Origin: Planctomycetota bacterium
Lineage (GTDB): Bacteria; Planctomycetota; UBA11346
Reading direction: 5' to 3'
Assembly (NCBI GenBank): GCA_025055595.1
Contig: JANWWU010000066.1
Location: 11,147-75,146, forward strand
Length of the DNA stretch: 64,000 nt
In this document: piece by piece, positions 8,754 to 18,873 of the stretch
Layout: every line of letters starts with the position of its first letter
How positions within the stretch are numbered: the stretch's first letter is position 1
Made by a program: the position numbers and the translations under genes
Notes under the pieces: model-generated
The model's input: the letters and a program-made list of their open reading frames with translations, nothing else
Database searches by the model: none
Told to the model about the DNA's origin: nothing

Positions 8754-11692
8754 CAGCGGAAGCCCAGCGCGGCGTAGATCGTGTAGTCCTCCTCGCCGTC
8801 GATCTGGCGCGCGAGGCCGAGACCGGGCGCGACCCGCACCAGCCAGTACTCGATCTCGAGGTGCAACTCGACGCCGGCAGCGCGGTACCAGCGCGCGCCG
8901 GGCTGGTGGCGGCGCAGGACATCGCTGACCCGCGCGCCGTCGTAGAACAGCTCGGCGACGAGCTGGCGCGTGACCCACGGCGTGGTGCCGGCGCCGACGA
9001 AACCCTGCCACAGCGGCAGGCGGTAGCCGGCGCTGCCGGCCAGCAGCACCCGCCCGCGCGCCATCGTCTTCGGATAGCCGCGCGGGACGCCGAGCGCGGC
9101 GTCGCCGCCGATGCCCCACACCCCCTGCAAGCTCGGCGGGCCGTCGCTCCAGCCGAGCTGCGCGCCGAGCACCAGCTGGTGGTTCCACGACGGCAGCACC
9201 GGCTGGCTGTACGAGGCCTGCAGCAGCGCGCGGTTGTTGGTCGCGCTGCCGACGCGCCAGCTGGCGGTCGCGCTCAGGCCGTCCTCGGCGGCGTAGCTCG
9301 TCGGATAGAGGATGCTGTCGTCGTAGGCCAGCGTCAGCGCGCCGTAGCCCTCCTCGCCGCGCCACGGCTGGCGCCCGATCACCGTCAGCCCGCGGTAGTC
9401 GTCGGCCGCGCTGTCCACCGGCTCGCGGCGCTCCCAGCCCGCGGCCAGCCAGCCCTGCCAGCGCCGGCCGTAGCCGCCCATCCCGTAGCCGAGGCGGGCT
9501 TCCACGCTGTCGACGAGCTCGACATAGTCGTAGGCCCGGCCGTCGCTGGCGAGCAGCTGCTCGTTGTAGCCGAGCTCGCGGCGCAGCGCGACGAAGGCCG
9601 GTCCCGGCTGCCAGCCCTGGTAGCTCCAGGCGAGGAGGCCGACCGCGCTGTGCTCGTGGTAGCCGACGCCGAGCGAGGCGATCACCGTGTGGGTGAGCAG
9701 GGCATCGTGGGCGACGGCGACCGCGCCGAAGGCGCCGAGGCTGTCCGGGACGGCGACGGTGGTCGGAGTCCAGTAGCGTGGCCGCAGGCTGTCGAGCGCG
9801 CGGTACGGCTCGGCCTCCGGCAGCGCCGCCGGCGCGAGCGGGCGCGGCGCGGGATCCGGGCGATCCGCGCCGACGGCGTACGGTCCGAGCGGTTGCCGCT
9901 CGATCGGCGCCGGCCAGCCGTGCGGCACCTCGGGCAGGGCCGGCGGCCATCGCCGCTCGTCGAGCGGCATGACGGCGAGGAAGGGGCCCAGCTGATCGTG
10001 ATCGAGGACGGCGAGCAGGCGGCCGTCGGGCGAGGGCACGGCGGCGAGCACCGCGCCGATCGTGTTGGTGACGGGGCGGATGGCGCCGGCGAGCTCGACG
10101 CACCAGGCGTTGGCGACCCCGGAGACATCGCTGGCGCAGAACACGCGCTCGCCCGCGGCGTCCCACGCCGGGTGCAGGATCCGCGCCGGCACCTCCCAGA
10201 GCACGCGCCGCCCGCCGCCGTCCGGCCGCGCCAGCACCAGGCGCGAGCCGCGGGCGTCGGTCTCGACCCAGCACAGCTCGTCGCTGCCCGGTCGCCAGGC
10301 CGGGGCCCAGGGCCGGCCCTCGCTCGGGATCTCCTCCGGCTCGCCGTCGTCGCGCCAGCGGATCAGCCGCTGCCGCCCGGCGCCGACGAACTGCACGGCG
10401 ACGACCTCGAGGCTGTCGCCGCGGCGGCGGGCATCGGGCTGGATGACGCGCGGATGCGGCCACTCGCGGACGACGCGCGCGCCGTCGGCGACGAGCCGCG
10501 CTCGGCTGGGTCGCCAGCGGTCGCCGCCGACCGCGGCCTCGGCGTAGATCTGGTGCCGGTCGTCGACCCGGCGCAGCGCGCCGAGCATCCAGGCCGAGGG
10601 TTCCTGCAGCGCGTTCTCGATGCGCCCCTGCGCGCTGGTGATCGCCAGCGCGGGGCGCGCGGTCGGACTGTCGGCGGCATGCACCAGGCGCTCGCCCATC
10701 CACGCCGGGGCCGCGATCCGCCAGTGCGCCGGGCTGCGCCGCGTCGCATGGGTGACGGGCTGGCTGCGGATCAGCGCGAGCATGCGCTGCTGCTCGGCCT
10801 GCAGGTCCTGCCGCGCCTGGGCGATCAGGAACGGATGCTCCCAGCCCAGGCTCGGCTCGCTGCCGCGGCGGAAGGCGAAGGGCAGCTGCAGCCGGCCCTG
10901 GTCCTCGACCACCCGCCACAGGCCGCGGCGATCGCCGTAGGCCGCGGCCAGCCAGCGCGCGTAGGCCAGGCCGTAGAGGTAGGCACGGTTGCCGAAGGGC
11001 CAGCGCTCGTAGGAGAGGCGCCAGGTGTCGGGCGGGGGGATGCCGCCGGCGGCGGCATCGAGGCGCCACGCCGCGTGCACCAGCGGATCGCGGCCGCGCC
11101 CGGCCCACGGCGAGGCCGGATCGGCGTAGGCGGTCTCCGCCCACTGCGCGACCGCCTCGTGCCAGAAGCCCGGCGACAGCACATGGTTCGGCACGCTGCC
11201 GAGGAAGACGAGCAGCGACAGCGGATCGTGGGGCAGGACGCGGCCGAACACCGTCTCGAGCGCGGCGCGCCAGCCGTGGTTGCGGTCGTTGGCCAGGTGA
11301 TGGGCGAACTCGTGCACCAGCGTGCGCTCGAGGTCGTCGCCGCCGGCGAACAGCTGGCTCTCGGGGCGGCTCGGCGCGAGCTGGACCTGGACCAGCGGGA
11401 AGGGGACGACGGTCGAGAAGCCGTTGTGCGCGTCCTCGTCGTCGGTGAACACGAGGTGCAGGGTGCGCGTCGGCTGCCAGCCGGCATCGTCGATCATCCG
11501 CCGATAGAGCGCGATCGCGCGCGCGACGGCCTCCTCGAGCTGCGCGCGCTGCGCGCTCGGCACATGGATCGCGAGTCCGGGGACGCGGTAGGTGTGATAG
11601 CGCACGCCGGGCTTGAACGGCGACTGGTCCTCTAGCGCGCCGAGCGCGGCGGCCAGGGTCAGCAGCAGCGTACCGAGCAGGGATCGTCTCAT
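8750..11692 (-). CDS. Exported protein: HExxH metallopeptidase-like domain + TolB-like beta-propeller + C-terminal outer-membrane beta-barrel
   Basis: Signal peptide MRRSLLGTLLLTLAAALGA; LVHEFAH and downstream WHEAVA; propeller repeats (APAW.P, HPAWD, PSPDGR); alternating beta strands ending ...YAALGFRW. Confidence 0.75.
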   Translation of the reverse strand: MRRSLLGTLLLTLAAALGALEDQSPFKPGVRYHTYRVPGLAIHVPSAQRAQLEEAVARAIALYRRMIDDAGWQPTRTLHLVFTDDEDAHNGFSTVVPFPLVQVQLAPSRPESQLFAGGDDLERTLVHEFAHHLANDRNHGWRAALETVFGRVLPHDPLSLLVFLGSVPNHVLSPGFWHEAVAQWAETAYADPASPWAGRGRDPLVHAAWRLDAAAGGIPPPDTWRLSYERWPFGNRAYLYGLAYARWLAAAYGDRRGLWRVVEDQGRLQLPFAFRRGSEPSLGWEHPFLIAQARQDLQAEQQRMLALIRSQPVTHATRRSPAHWRIAAPAWMGERLVHAADSPTARPALAITSAQGRIENALQEPSAWMLGALRRVDDRHQIYAEAAVGGDRWRPSRARLVADGARVVREWPHPRVIQPDARRRGDSLEVVAVQFVGAGRQRLIRWRDDGEPEEIPSEGRPWAPAWRPGSDELCWVETDARGSRLVLARPDGGGRRVLWEVPARILHPAWDAAGERVFCASDVSGVANAWCVELAGAIRPVTNTIGAVLAAVPSPDGRLLAVLDHDQLGPFLAVMPLDERRWPPALPEVPHGWPAPIERQPLGPYAVGADRPDPAPRPLAPAALPEAEPYRALDSLRPRYWTPTTVAVPDSLGAFGAVAVAHDALLTHTVIASLGVGYHEHSAVGLLAWSYQGWQPGPAFVALRRELGYNEQLLASDGRAYDYVELVDSVEARLGYGMGGYGRRWQGWLAAGWERREPVDSAADDYRGLTVIGRQPWRGEEGYGALTLAYDDSILYPTSYAAEDGLSATASWRVGSATNNRALLQASYSQPVLPSWNHQLVLGAQLGWSDGPPSLQGVWGIGGDAALGVPRGYPKTMARGRVLLAGSAGYRLPLWQGFVGAGTTPWVTRQLVAELFYDGARVSDVLRRHQPGARWYRAAGVELHLEIEYWLVRVAPGLGLARQIDGEEDYTIYAALGFRW

Positions 11693-12711
11693 GCGAAGAG
11701 GTCCTGTTGGGCGAGGGGCGGCGGCTCGCTCGGCGGCGGCAGGCCGAGATGGCGGTAGGCCGCCGGCGTCGCCAGGCGCCCCTGCGCGGTCTTGAGCAGG
11801 AAGCCGGCTTGGACGAGGTAGGGCTCGTGCATCTCCTCGATCGTCGTCTCCTCCTCGTCGACGGTCTGGGCGATCGTCTTCAGGCCGACCGGGCGGCGGT
11901 GCCGGCACAGGCAGTGCAGGATGCGGCGGTCGAGCTCGGTCAGGCCGTGCTCGTCGATGCCGAGCATCGCCAGCCCCTCCTCGGCGACGGCGGCGGTGAT
12001 GCGGTTGCCGTGGTGCACCTGCGCCAGATCGCGGATGCGCCGCAGCAGGTTGTTGGCGATGCGCGCCGTGCCGCGGCTGCGGCGGGCGATCGGCCGCAGG
12101 CCCTCGGCATCGGCGGCGACGCCGAGCAGGCGCGCGCTGCGCTCGAGGATCTGCAGCAGCTCGTCGACGCCGTAGAGGTCGAGGCGCTCGCGGATCGCGA
12201 AGCGGCTGCGCAGCGGCGCGGTCAGGCTGCCCTCGCGGGTCGTCGCCCCGACCAGGGTGAAGGGCGGGAGGTTGATCGTCAGCACCTGGCTCGCCGGCCC
12301 CTCGCCGAGGTGGACGGCGATGCGGAAGTCCTCCATCGCCGCGTAGAGGTACTCCTCGACGACGCGCTTCAGGCTGTGGATCTCGTCGATGAACAGCAGC
12401 GAGCCGGGCCGCAGCGCGGAGAGCAGGGCGGCGAGGTCGCCGGGCTTCTCGAGCAGGGGCCCGGCGGTCTCGGTGATCTCGGCGCCCATCTCGGCGGCGA
12501 GGATGTGGGCGAGCGTCGTCTTGCCGAGTCCCGGCGGACCGGCGAGCAGCACATGGTCGAGCGGCTCGCCGCGCTGGCGGGCGGCGGCGACGGCGAGCGC
12601 GAGGTTGCGCGTCACCGCGCGCTGGCCGGTGAAGTCGGCGAAGCGCTTCGGCCGCAGCGCGCGGTCGCTCGCCTCGTCGCGCTCGACGAACTCGCGCGGC
12701 GCGCCGCCCAT
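11689..12711 (-). CDS. ruvB: Holliday junction branch migration helicase RuvB
   Basis: LRP.F.DF.GQ, GPPGLGKTT, FIDEIH, LYAAMED, FTLVGATT, PLRSRF, SRGT.RIA. Confidence 0.96.
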   Translation of the reverse strand: MGGAPREFVERDEASDRALRPKRFADFTGQRAVTRNLALAVAAARQRGEPLDHVLLAGPPGLGKTTLAHILAAEMGAEITETAGPLLEKPGDLAALLSALRPGSLLFIDEIHSLKRVVEEYLYAAMEDFRIAVHLGEGPASQVLTINLPPFTLVGATTREGSLTAPLRSRFAIRERLDLYGVDELLQILERSARLLGVAADAEGLRPIARRSRGTARIANNLLRRIRDLAQVHHGNRITAAVAEEGLAMLGIDEHGLTELDRRILHCLCRHRRPVGLKTIAQTVDEEETTIEEMHEPYLVQAGFLLKTAQGRLATPAAYRHLGLPPPSEPPPLAQQDLFA

Positions 12712-13220
12712 CAGAACCAGTACCCCAGGCCGCCGGAGAACGACATCGTCTCGAGGTCGAGGGCGCGGCGCGTGTAGTGCCAGGTGATCTCGAAGAAGAG
12801 CCGCTCGCTGAGCAGGTAGCCGGCCATCAGCTTGCCGCCGATGTCCCAGCGCCGCTGCTCGGCGGCAGCGCGCACGCCGGGGATCTCCGCGAGCTTGAGG
12901 CGCACGAAGTTGCTGCCGAGCCCGAGGCCGAGCCACCAGCGCTGCCGGATCTGCCGGCGCTCGGCGTAGGTCACTTCGAAGGCGGCGAAGGTCCCCTCGC
13001 CGTCGGGCGCGTAGCGGCCGTCGAGGTCGATCGTCGGCAAGCCGACGAGCCCGCGCTCGAGGAGCAGCGTGCCGAGGCCGAGCCGATAGCCCCAGTCGGT
13101 CTCGAGCGCCTTGCGCAGCTCGGGGCCGAGGTAGTCGCCGCCGGCCTGGACGAAGAACGGCAGGCCCTGGGCCGCCGGCACGCTGGCGGCGAGCGCGAGG
13201 AGCAGGGCGCAGCGCGGCAT
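12711..13220 (-). CDS. Small outer-membrane beta-barrel protein (OmpA/OmpW-like)
   Basis: Signal peptide MPRCALLLALAASVPA; alternating strands; ends GLGYWF. Confidence 0.7.
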   Translation of the reverse strand: MPRCALLLALAASVPAAQGLPFFVQAGGDYLGPELRKALETDWGYRLGLGTLLLERGLVGLPTIDLDGRYAPDGEGTFAAFEVTYAERRQIRQRWWLGLGLGSNFVRLKLAEIPGVRAAAEQRRWDIGGKLMAGYLLSERLFFEITWHYTRRALDLETMSFSGGLGYWF

Positions 13221-13226
13221 GGGGGC

Positions 13227-13232
13227 ATGCTC
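13227..13232 (-). promoter_or_regulatory. -10-like hexamer GAGCAT, 6 nt upstream of ATG 13220 (possible internal leaderless promoter)
   Basis: GAGCAT-gccccc-ATG on minus strand. Confidence 0.35.
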
Positions 13233-14211
13233 AGGGCGTCGGCGCCGGCGCAACCGCGTCGCCGGCGGGCAGGATCTGCAGCGTGATCGGGCTCGGCAGC
13301 AGGCGCAGGCCGGGCGGGCCCTGGACCTGCACCGGCACGATCAGGGAGCCCGGCGGCGGCTCGCGGCGCAGGTCGACCCAGGCGAGGAAGTCGCCCGGCT
13401 GCGCCGAGCGCACCGCCGCCTCCAGGCCCTCGATGCGCAGCGTCGTCAGCGGCTCGGCCGGCTCGACCCGCCAGCGCCCGCTGTGGCGCGCCGGCAGCAG
13501 CAGGGCGACCGGCACCTGCAGCGTGGCGCTGGCGCTGCGCGCCGGCGCGACGATCACCGTCGCCACCACCGGGTCGAGCGGCTGCGGCAGGCCCTCGACG
13601 ACATGCAGGGCGACGCGCTCCTCGAGCGGCGCCGACAGCGCGGGATCGATGCCGTCGAGGCGGATCGGCGCGAAGCGCAGCGGCTCGCCGCTGGCCTCGA
13701 ACATCGCCAGCCGCTCGGCGCTGTCGCGGACCTCGATGCGCGTGCGATCGAGGCGGACCTCCGCCGACAGCCCGGAGGGCAGGCCGAGGACCGGCGGCGG
13801 CTCGGCGGGCAGCGTCGCGGTGATCAGCCGCGCCAGGCGCACGCCGATGCTGCGCAGGGCGGGATCGGTGCGGACGATCCGCATGTCGGAGTCGAGGCCG
13901 AGCAGGCGGCTGGTCAGCGTCAGCTCGACGGTGCCGGCCTCGCGCGCGCGCGGCAGCTCGAGGTGCGGGCGCAGCACGCCCTCGCGCAGGGCCTGGGTCT
14001 TGTTCGCCGGCAGCGAGATGACGGCGACGAAGTCCGGCGGATCGATGGCGGCGACGGTGAGCCCCGGCGGCAGGCCGCCGACGCGCGCCGGCGACAGCTC
14101 GACCTGCACCTGGCGCTCGACGCGCACCTGTCCGCTGGTGTAGCTCCACAGCGCGATCGCGATGACCAGGCTGACGAGCTTCAGCCGCCAGTCGGCGAGC
14201 AGCCACCTCAT
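13231..14211 (-). CDS. cdaR: CdaR/YbbR-like diadenylate cyclase regulator
   Basis: [25 protein letters not shown]-terminal anchor typical of YbbR; repeated beta domains; directly downstream of cdaA. Confidence 0.75.
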   Translation of the reverse strand: MRWLLADWRLKLVSLVIAIALWSYTSGQVRVERQVQVELSPARVGGLPPGLTVAAIDPPDFVAVISLPANKTQALREGVLRPHLELPRAREAGTVELTLTSRLLGLDSDMRIVRTDPALRSIGVRLARLITATLPAEPPPVLGLPSGLSAEVRLDRTRIEVRDSAERLAMFEASGEPLRFAPIRLDGIDPALSAPLEERVALHVVEGLPQPLDPVVATVIVAPARSASATLQVPVALLLPARHSGRWRVEPAEPLTTLRIEGLEAAVRSAQPGDFLAWVDLRREPPPGSLIVPVQVQGPPGLRLLPSPITLQILPAGDAVAPAPTP

Positions 14212-15011
14212 CGCCTGCTCCCCATCTCGGCGGCGCGGAAGACGCGCGCGAAGATCAGCTCGAGGTCCTGGCGCGTCAGGCCGCGGGTGAACTGCCCGCG
14301 GTCGGCCATGCTGATCTGCCCGGTCTCCTCGGAGACGATGATCGCCAGCGCATCGGTGTCCTCGGAGATGCCGATGCCGGCGCGGTGGCGGGTCCCGGAC
14401 AGCGACTTGTAGGCGATGTTGTTGGTCAGCGGCAGGATGACGCCGGCGGCGGCGATGCGGCCGCCACGGATGATCACCGCCCCGTCGTGCAGCGGCGCGT
14501 CCTTCCAGAAGAGGCTGACCAGGCTCTTGGCGGTCAGCTCGCAGTCGAGCGGGCTGGTCGTGATGTAGGCGTCGAGGCGGTCGTTGCGCTCGATGACGAT
14601 CAGCGCGCCGATCCGCCGCTCGGCCATGAACATCAGCGCCTCGACGAGCGGGCCGACGAGGTGCATGCCGTGCCCGCCGCCGCCCTGCGGCAGCAGGCCG
14701 CCGAGCCGCGACAGCAGGCGGCGCAGCTCGGGCTGGAAGACGACGATCAGGATGATCGCGCTGAAGCCGACCAGGGTCTGCAGCAGCCAGGCGATCGCGT
14801 GCAGCTCGAGCCAGCGCGACAGCAGCCAGATGCCGACGACGCCGAGCAGCAGCAAGCTGATGCCGCCGATCTTGCCGCCGGCCGCCGTCCGCTCGAGCGC
14901 GCGCAGCAGGGCGTAGACCGCGCCCCAGAGGATCGCGAGCTCGGCGCCGGCGCGGACGAAGAACGGCCAGTCGGCGAGCGGCGGCAGCCAGTCCCACGGG
15001 AGGAAGCTCAT
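14208..15011 (-). CDS. cdaA: Diadenylate cyclase CdaA (DacA)
   Basis: Three TMs, [41 protein letters not shown]. Confidence 0.93.
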   Translation of the reverse strand: MSFLPWDWLPPLADWPFFVRAGAELAILWGAVYALLRALERTAAGGKIGGISLLLLGVVGIWLLSRWLELHAIAWLLQTLVGFSAIILIVVFQPELRRLLSRLGGLLPQGGGGHGMHLVGPLVEALMFMAERRIGALIVIERNDRLDAYITTSPLDCELTAKSLVSLFWKDAPLHDGAVIIRGGRIAAAGVILPLTNNIAYKSLSGTRHRAGIGISEDTDALAIIVSEETGQISMADRGQFTRGLTRQDLELIFARVFRAAEMGSRR

Positions 15012-15853
15012 GCGGCCTCGCGCAGGGCGGCAGCGACGCGCAGCGCGGCGCGCGCGCCGGCGACATCGTGGACGCGCAGCAGCGCGCAGTGCGGGGCGAG
15101 CAGGGCGTGCGCGACATGGCTCGCCGCATCGCGCTGCGCCGGCTCGGCGATGCCGGTCAGCGCGCCGATCAGCGACTTGCGGCTGACGCCGACCAGCAGC
15201 GGCCGGCCGAGCGCGGCGAGGCGCGGCAGGGCGGCGAGCAGGGCGAGGTTGTGCGCGCGCGTCTTGCCGAAGCCGATCCCGGGATCGAGGACGATCGCCT
15301 GCTCGGCGACGCCGGCGGCGACGGCCCGCGCCAGCGCCTGGCGCAGGGCCTCCTCGACCTCGCCGACGACATCCTGGTAGCGTGGCGCCAGCTGCATCGT
15401 CTGCGGCGTTCCCTGCATGTGCATCAGGATCAGCGGGCAGCGCGCGCGCGCCGCGACCGCAAGCAGCTCGGGATCGCGACCGCCGCCGATGTCGTTGATC
15501 GCATCGGCGCCGGCGGCGAGCGCCGCCTCCGCCACCCGCCCCTTGCTCGTATCGACGCTCAGCGGCACGCGCACGCCGGCGGCGCGGATCGCGGCGATCG
15601 CCGGCACGACCCGCGCGATCTCGGTCTCGGCGTCGACCGGCTGGGCGCCCGGCCGCGTGCTCTCGCCGCCGACATCGAGCCAGTCGGCGCCGGCAGCGAC
15701 CAGCGCGCGCGCCGCCTCGGCCGCCGCCGCCGGCGTCGCATGGCGTCCGCCGTCGCTGAAGGAGTCCGGCGTGACATTGATGATCCCCATCAGGCCGGCG
15801 GGCTGGCCGACGGCGATGGCGCGCGCGGGATCGAGCAGCCAGCGGCGGGTCAT
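15008..15853 (-). CDS. folP: Dihydropteroate synthase
   Basis: [51 protein letters not shown]. Confidence 0.96.
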   Translation of the reverse strand: MTRRWLLDPARAIAVGQPAGLMGIINVTPDSFSDGGRHATPAAAAEAARALVAAGADWLDVGGESTRPGAQPVDAETEIARVVPAIAAIRAAGVRVPLSVDTSKGRVAEAALAAGADAINDIGGGRDPELLAVAARARCPLILMHMQGTPQTMQLAPRYQDVVGEVEEALRQALARAVAAGVAEQAIVLDPGIGFGKTRAHNLALLAALPRLAALGRPLLVGVSRKSLIGALTGIAEPAQRDAASHVAHALLAPHCALLRVHDVAGARAALRVAAALREAA

Positions 15854-15859
15854 GCCGCG

Positions 15860-15868
15860 ATCCTAGCA
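15860..15868 (-). promoter_or_regulatory. Extended -10 element TGcTAGGAT, 6 nt upstream of folP ATG
   Basis: TGC-TAGGAT-cgcggc-ATG on minus strand. Confidence 0.65.
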
Positions 15869-15960
15869 TGCGCCCCGGCCGCGGCAGCAGGGCGCACCGC
15901 GGCCGAGGCGCGCCCTGCGCAAGCTGCGCGCGCGTGCGATTGCGACACCGCTCGCCGCTT

Positions 15961-15966
15961 TAGGGT
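15961..15966 (+). promoter_or_regulatory. -10-like hexamer TAGGGT, 8 nt upstream of the first suf-operon gene
   Basis: TAGGGT-ttccgccg-ATG. Confidence 0.5.
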
Positions 15967-15974
15967 TTCCGCCG

Positions 15975-16688
15975 ATGCCTGCGGAAGCCACGCTGACGCG
16001 CGCCGCCGAGCAGCGCCTGCGCGCGCCGCGCACGCGCGGCGCGTTCAGCCAGCGCGATGCCGCGCGCCGGCGCCTCGCCCTGCTCGAAGCCAGCGATGGC
16101 GCCGGGCAGGCGGCGATCTTCTGGCTGGTCGAGCTGCCGGCGCAGCGCATCGCCGACGCGCGCTTCCTCGCCTTCGGCTCGCTGTGGAGCCACCCGCTGG
16201 CCGACGCCTTCACCGAGCTCGTCCGCGGACGGAGCCTCGACGAGGCCTGCGCGCTGCCGCTGGCGCGCGTCGAGGCCCTGCTGCGCGACGACCCCGAGGT
16301 CCCGGCCTGCGCCGAGAGCGAGCTCGCCTTCCTCGCCGACCTCCAGCAGCGCGCGCGCGCCGCCGCCCCGCAGCTCGCGGTGCCGCCGCCGCTGACCGAG
16401 AAGCCGGTGTACCAGCGCAAGCGCCCGCAGGACTGGAACGAGCACGACCGCGCCTGGCTGCCGCTGTCGCTGCTCAAGAAGGTCGCCAAGGTCGACGCCG
16501 CGATCGCCCGCGTCCTCGCCGACAAGGCGCCGCAGGCGCGGCACCGCGTCGAGGGCCTGCACGACGACTTCCGCGTCGTCTGCCTGCTCGAGGGGGTCGG
16601 CGACGCCGAGCGCCACACGCTGGCGCTGTTCATCGCCAGCGCCCTGCGCGAGATCCATCCCGAGCTCACCGTGGAGGTGCCGCCATGA
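15975..16688 (+). CDS. NifU-like Fe-S scaffold homologue (IscU-like N-domain + NFU-like C-domain) lacking canonical Cys motifs
   Basis: AIFWLVE...[11 protein letters not shown]...AD...[11 protein letters not shown] matches the IscU fold pattern; C-terminal W..LS..K+A.+...IHPELTV resembles NFU; coupled to sufB (ATGA). Confidence 0.7.
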   Translation: MPAEATLTRAAEQRLRAPRTRGAFSQRDAARRRLALLEASDGAGQAAIFWLVELPAQRIADARFLAFGSLWSHPLADAFTELVRGRSLDEACALPLARVEALLRDDPEVPACAESELAFLADLQQRARAAAPQLAVPPPLTEKPVYQRKRPQDWNEHDRAWLPLSLLKKVAKVDAAIARVLADKAPQARHRVEGLHDDFRVVCLLEGVGDAERHTLALFIASALREIHPELTVEVPP

Positions 16689-18130
16689 GCGCCCTCGCCC
16701 CCCCGCTCAGCAGCGAGGCCGATGCCTACAAGTACGGGTTCCGCAGCGCGGTCGAGAGCGTCACCCTCGCGCCCGGGCTCAACGAGGAGACCGTGCGGCA
16801 GATCAGCGCGGCGCGCCGCGAGCCGCCCTTCCTGCTCGAGTTCCGCCTGCGCGCGTTGCGCGCCTGGCAGCGGATGCGCGAGCCGACCTGGGCCGCCGTC
16901 GAATATCCGCCGATCGACTACCAGGCGATCAGCTACTTCTCGGCGCCGAAGCAGCTGCCGCGCCATGGCTCGCTCGACGAGGTCGATCCCGAGATCCTGC
17001 GCACCTTCGAGAAGCTCGGCATCCCGCTCGACGAGCGCAAGCGCCTCGCCGGCGTCGCCATCGACGCGGTGTTCGACTCGGTGTCGATCGCGACCACGCA
17101 CCAGGAGAAGCTGTACGACGCCGGCGTCATCTTCTGCTCGCTCGGCGAGGCCGTGCAGCGCTTCCCGGCGCTCGTCGAGCGCTGGCTCGGCAGCGTCGTG
17201 CCGGTCACCGACAACTGGTTCGCGGCGCTCAACAGCGCGGTGTTCTCGGACGGTTCCTTCGTCTATGTCCCGCCCTACACGCGCTGCCCGCTCGAGCTCT
17301 CGACCTACTTCCGCATCAACAACACCGAGAGCGGGCAGTTCGAGCGCACGCTGATCATCGCCGACCGCGGCAGCTATGTCAGCTACCTCGAGGGCTGCAC
17401 GGCGCCGCGCTCCTCGGCCCACCAGCTGCACGCCGCGGTCGTCGAGCTGATCGCGCTCGACGACGCCGAGATCAAGTACTCGACGGTGCAGAACTGGTAC
17501 GCCGGCGACCCGGCGAGCGGCCAGGGCGGGGTCTACAACTTCGTCACCAAGCGCGGGCTGTGCAGGGGCGCGCGCTCGAAGATCAGCTGGACCCAGGTCG
17601 AGGCCGGCAGCGCGATCACCTGGAAGTATCCGAGCTGCGTGCTGCGCGGCGACGACAGCGTCGGCGAGTTCTACAGCGTCGCCCTGACCAACGGCCGGAT
17701 GCAGGCCGACACCGGGACGAAGATGATCCACATCGGCAAGCGCACGCGCTCGCGGATCGTCTCCAAGGGCATCAGCGCCGACCGCAGCCGCAATGTCTAC
17801 CGCGGCCTCGTCCAGGTGCAGAAGAGCGCCGAGGGCGCGCGCAACCACACGACCTGCGACTCGATGCTCGTCGGCAAGCGCGCCGAGGCCCGCACCTATC
17901 CGTACATCGATGTGCAGCGCGACGACGCCGTCGTCGAGCACGAGGCCTCGACCAGCCGGCTCTCCGAGGAGCAGCTGTTCTACCTGCAGGCGCGCGGGCT
18001 GGCCGAGGAGGACGCGGTCGGCCTGATCGTCAACGGCTTCGCGCGCGAGGTCCTCGCCGAGCTGCCGCTCGAGTTCGCCGCCGAAGCGCGCAAGCTGCTG
18101 CAGCTCAAGCTGGAGAACTCCGTCGGATGA
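16685..18130 (+). CDS. sufB: Fe-S cluster assembly protein SufB
   Basis: [65 protein letters not shown]. Confidence 0.97.
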   Translation: MSALAPPLSSEADAYKYGFRSAVESVTLAPGLNEETVRQISAARREPPFLLEFRLRALRAWQRMREPTWAAVEYPPIDYQAISYFSAPKQLPRHGSLDEVDPEILRTFEKLGIPLDERKRLAGVAIDAVFDSVSIATTHQEKLYDAGVIFCSLGEAVQRFPALVERWLGSVVPVTDNWFAALNSAVFSDGSFVYVPPYTRCPLELSTYFRINNTESGQFERTLIIADRGSYVSYLEGCTAPRSSAHQLHAAVVELIALDDAEIKYSTVQNWYAGDPASGQGGVYNFVTKRGLCRGARSKISWTQVEAGSAITWKYPSCVLRGDDSVGEFYSVALTNGRMQADTGTKMIHIGKRTRSRIVSKGISADRSRNVYRGLVQVQKSAEGARNHTTCDSMLVGKRAEARTYPYIDVQRDDAVVEHEASTSRLSEEQLFYLQARGLAEEDAVGLIVNGFAREVLAELPLEFAAEARKLLQLKLENSVG

Positions 18131-18873
18131 GCCTGCTCGAGATCGCCGACCTCAGCGTCGCGGTCGCCGGCCGCACGGTGATCGAGCGCCTGTCGCTCGC
18201 CGTGCCCGCCGGCTCGCTGCACGCCGTCATGGGGCCCAATGGCTCGGGCAAGAGCAGCCTGGCCAAGGCCCTGGCCGGGCATCCGGCCTACGCCGTGACC
18301 GGCGGCAGCGTGCGCCTCGCCGGCCGCGACCTGCTCGCGCTCGCTCCCGAGGAACGCGTGCACGCCGGCCTCTTCGTCGGCATGCAGTACCCGACCGAAG
18401 TGCCGGGGGTGAACAACGGCGAGTTCCTGCGCCTGGCGGCGAACGCCGTGCGCCGCGCGCGCGGTCTGCCGGAACGCACGCCGAGCGAGTTCGCGCCGCT
18501 GCTGGCCGCGGCGCTGCAGGCGAGCGAGGCGCCGGAGGACTTCGCGCAGCGCCAGCTCAACGCGGGGATGAGCGGGGGCCAGAAGAAGCGCAACGAGATC
18601 CTGCAGATGTTCGTCCTCGAGCCGAGCGTCGCGGTGCTCGACGAGACCGACTCCGGCCTCGACATCGATGCGATCAAGGCGGTGGCGCGGGCGATCAACG
18701 CCTACCGCCGCGCCGACCGCGCGCTCGTCCTGATCACGCACTTCCCGCGCCTGCTCGAGCTGGTGCAGCCCGACCGCGTCCATGTGCTGGTCGGCGGGAG
18801 GCTGGTGGCCAGCGGCGACGCCGCGCTCGCTGCGCGCCTGGAGGCCGAGGGCTATGAGCGGTTCCGCGCTTGA
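18127..18873 (+). CDS. sufC: Fe-S cluster assembly ATPase SufC
   Basis: [44 protein letters not shown]. Confidence 0.96.
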   Translation: MSLLEIADLSVAVAGRTVIERLSLAVPAGSLHAVMGPNGSGKSSLAKALAGHPAYAVTGGSVRLAGRDLLALAPEERVHAGLFVGMQYPTEVPGVNNGEFLRLAANAVRRARGLPERTPSEFAPLLAAALQASEAPEDFAQRQLNAGMSGGQKKRNEILQMFVLEPSVAVLDETDSGLDIDAIKAVARAINAYRRADRALVLITHFPRLLELVQPDRVHVLVGGRLVASGDAALAARLEAEGYERFRA

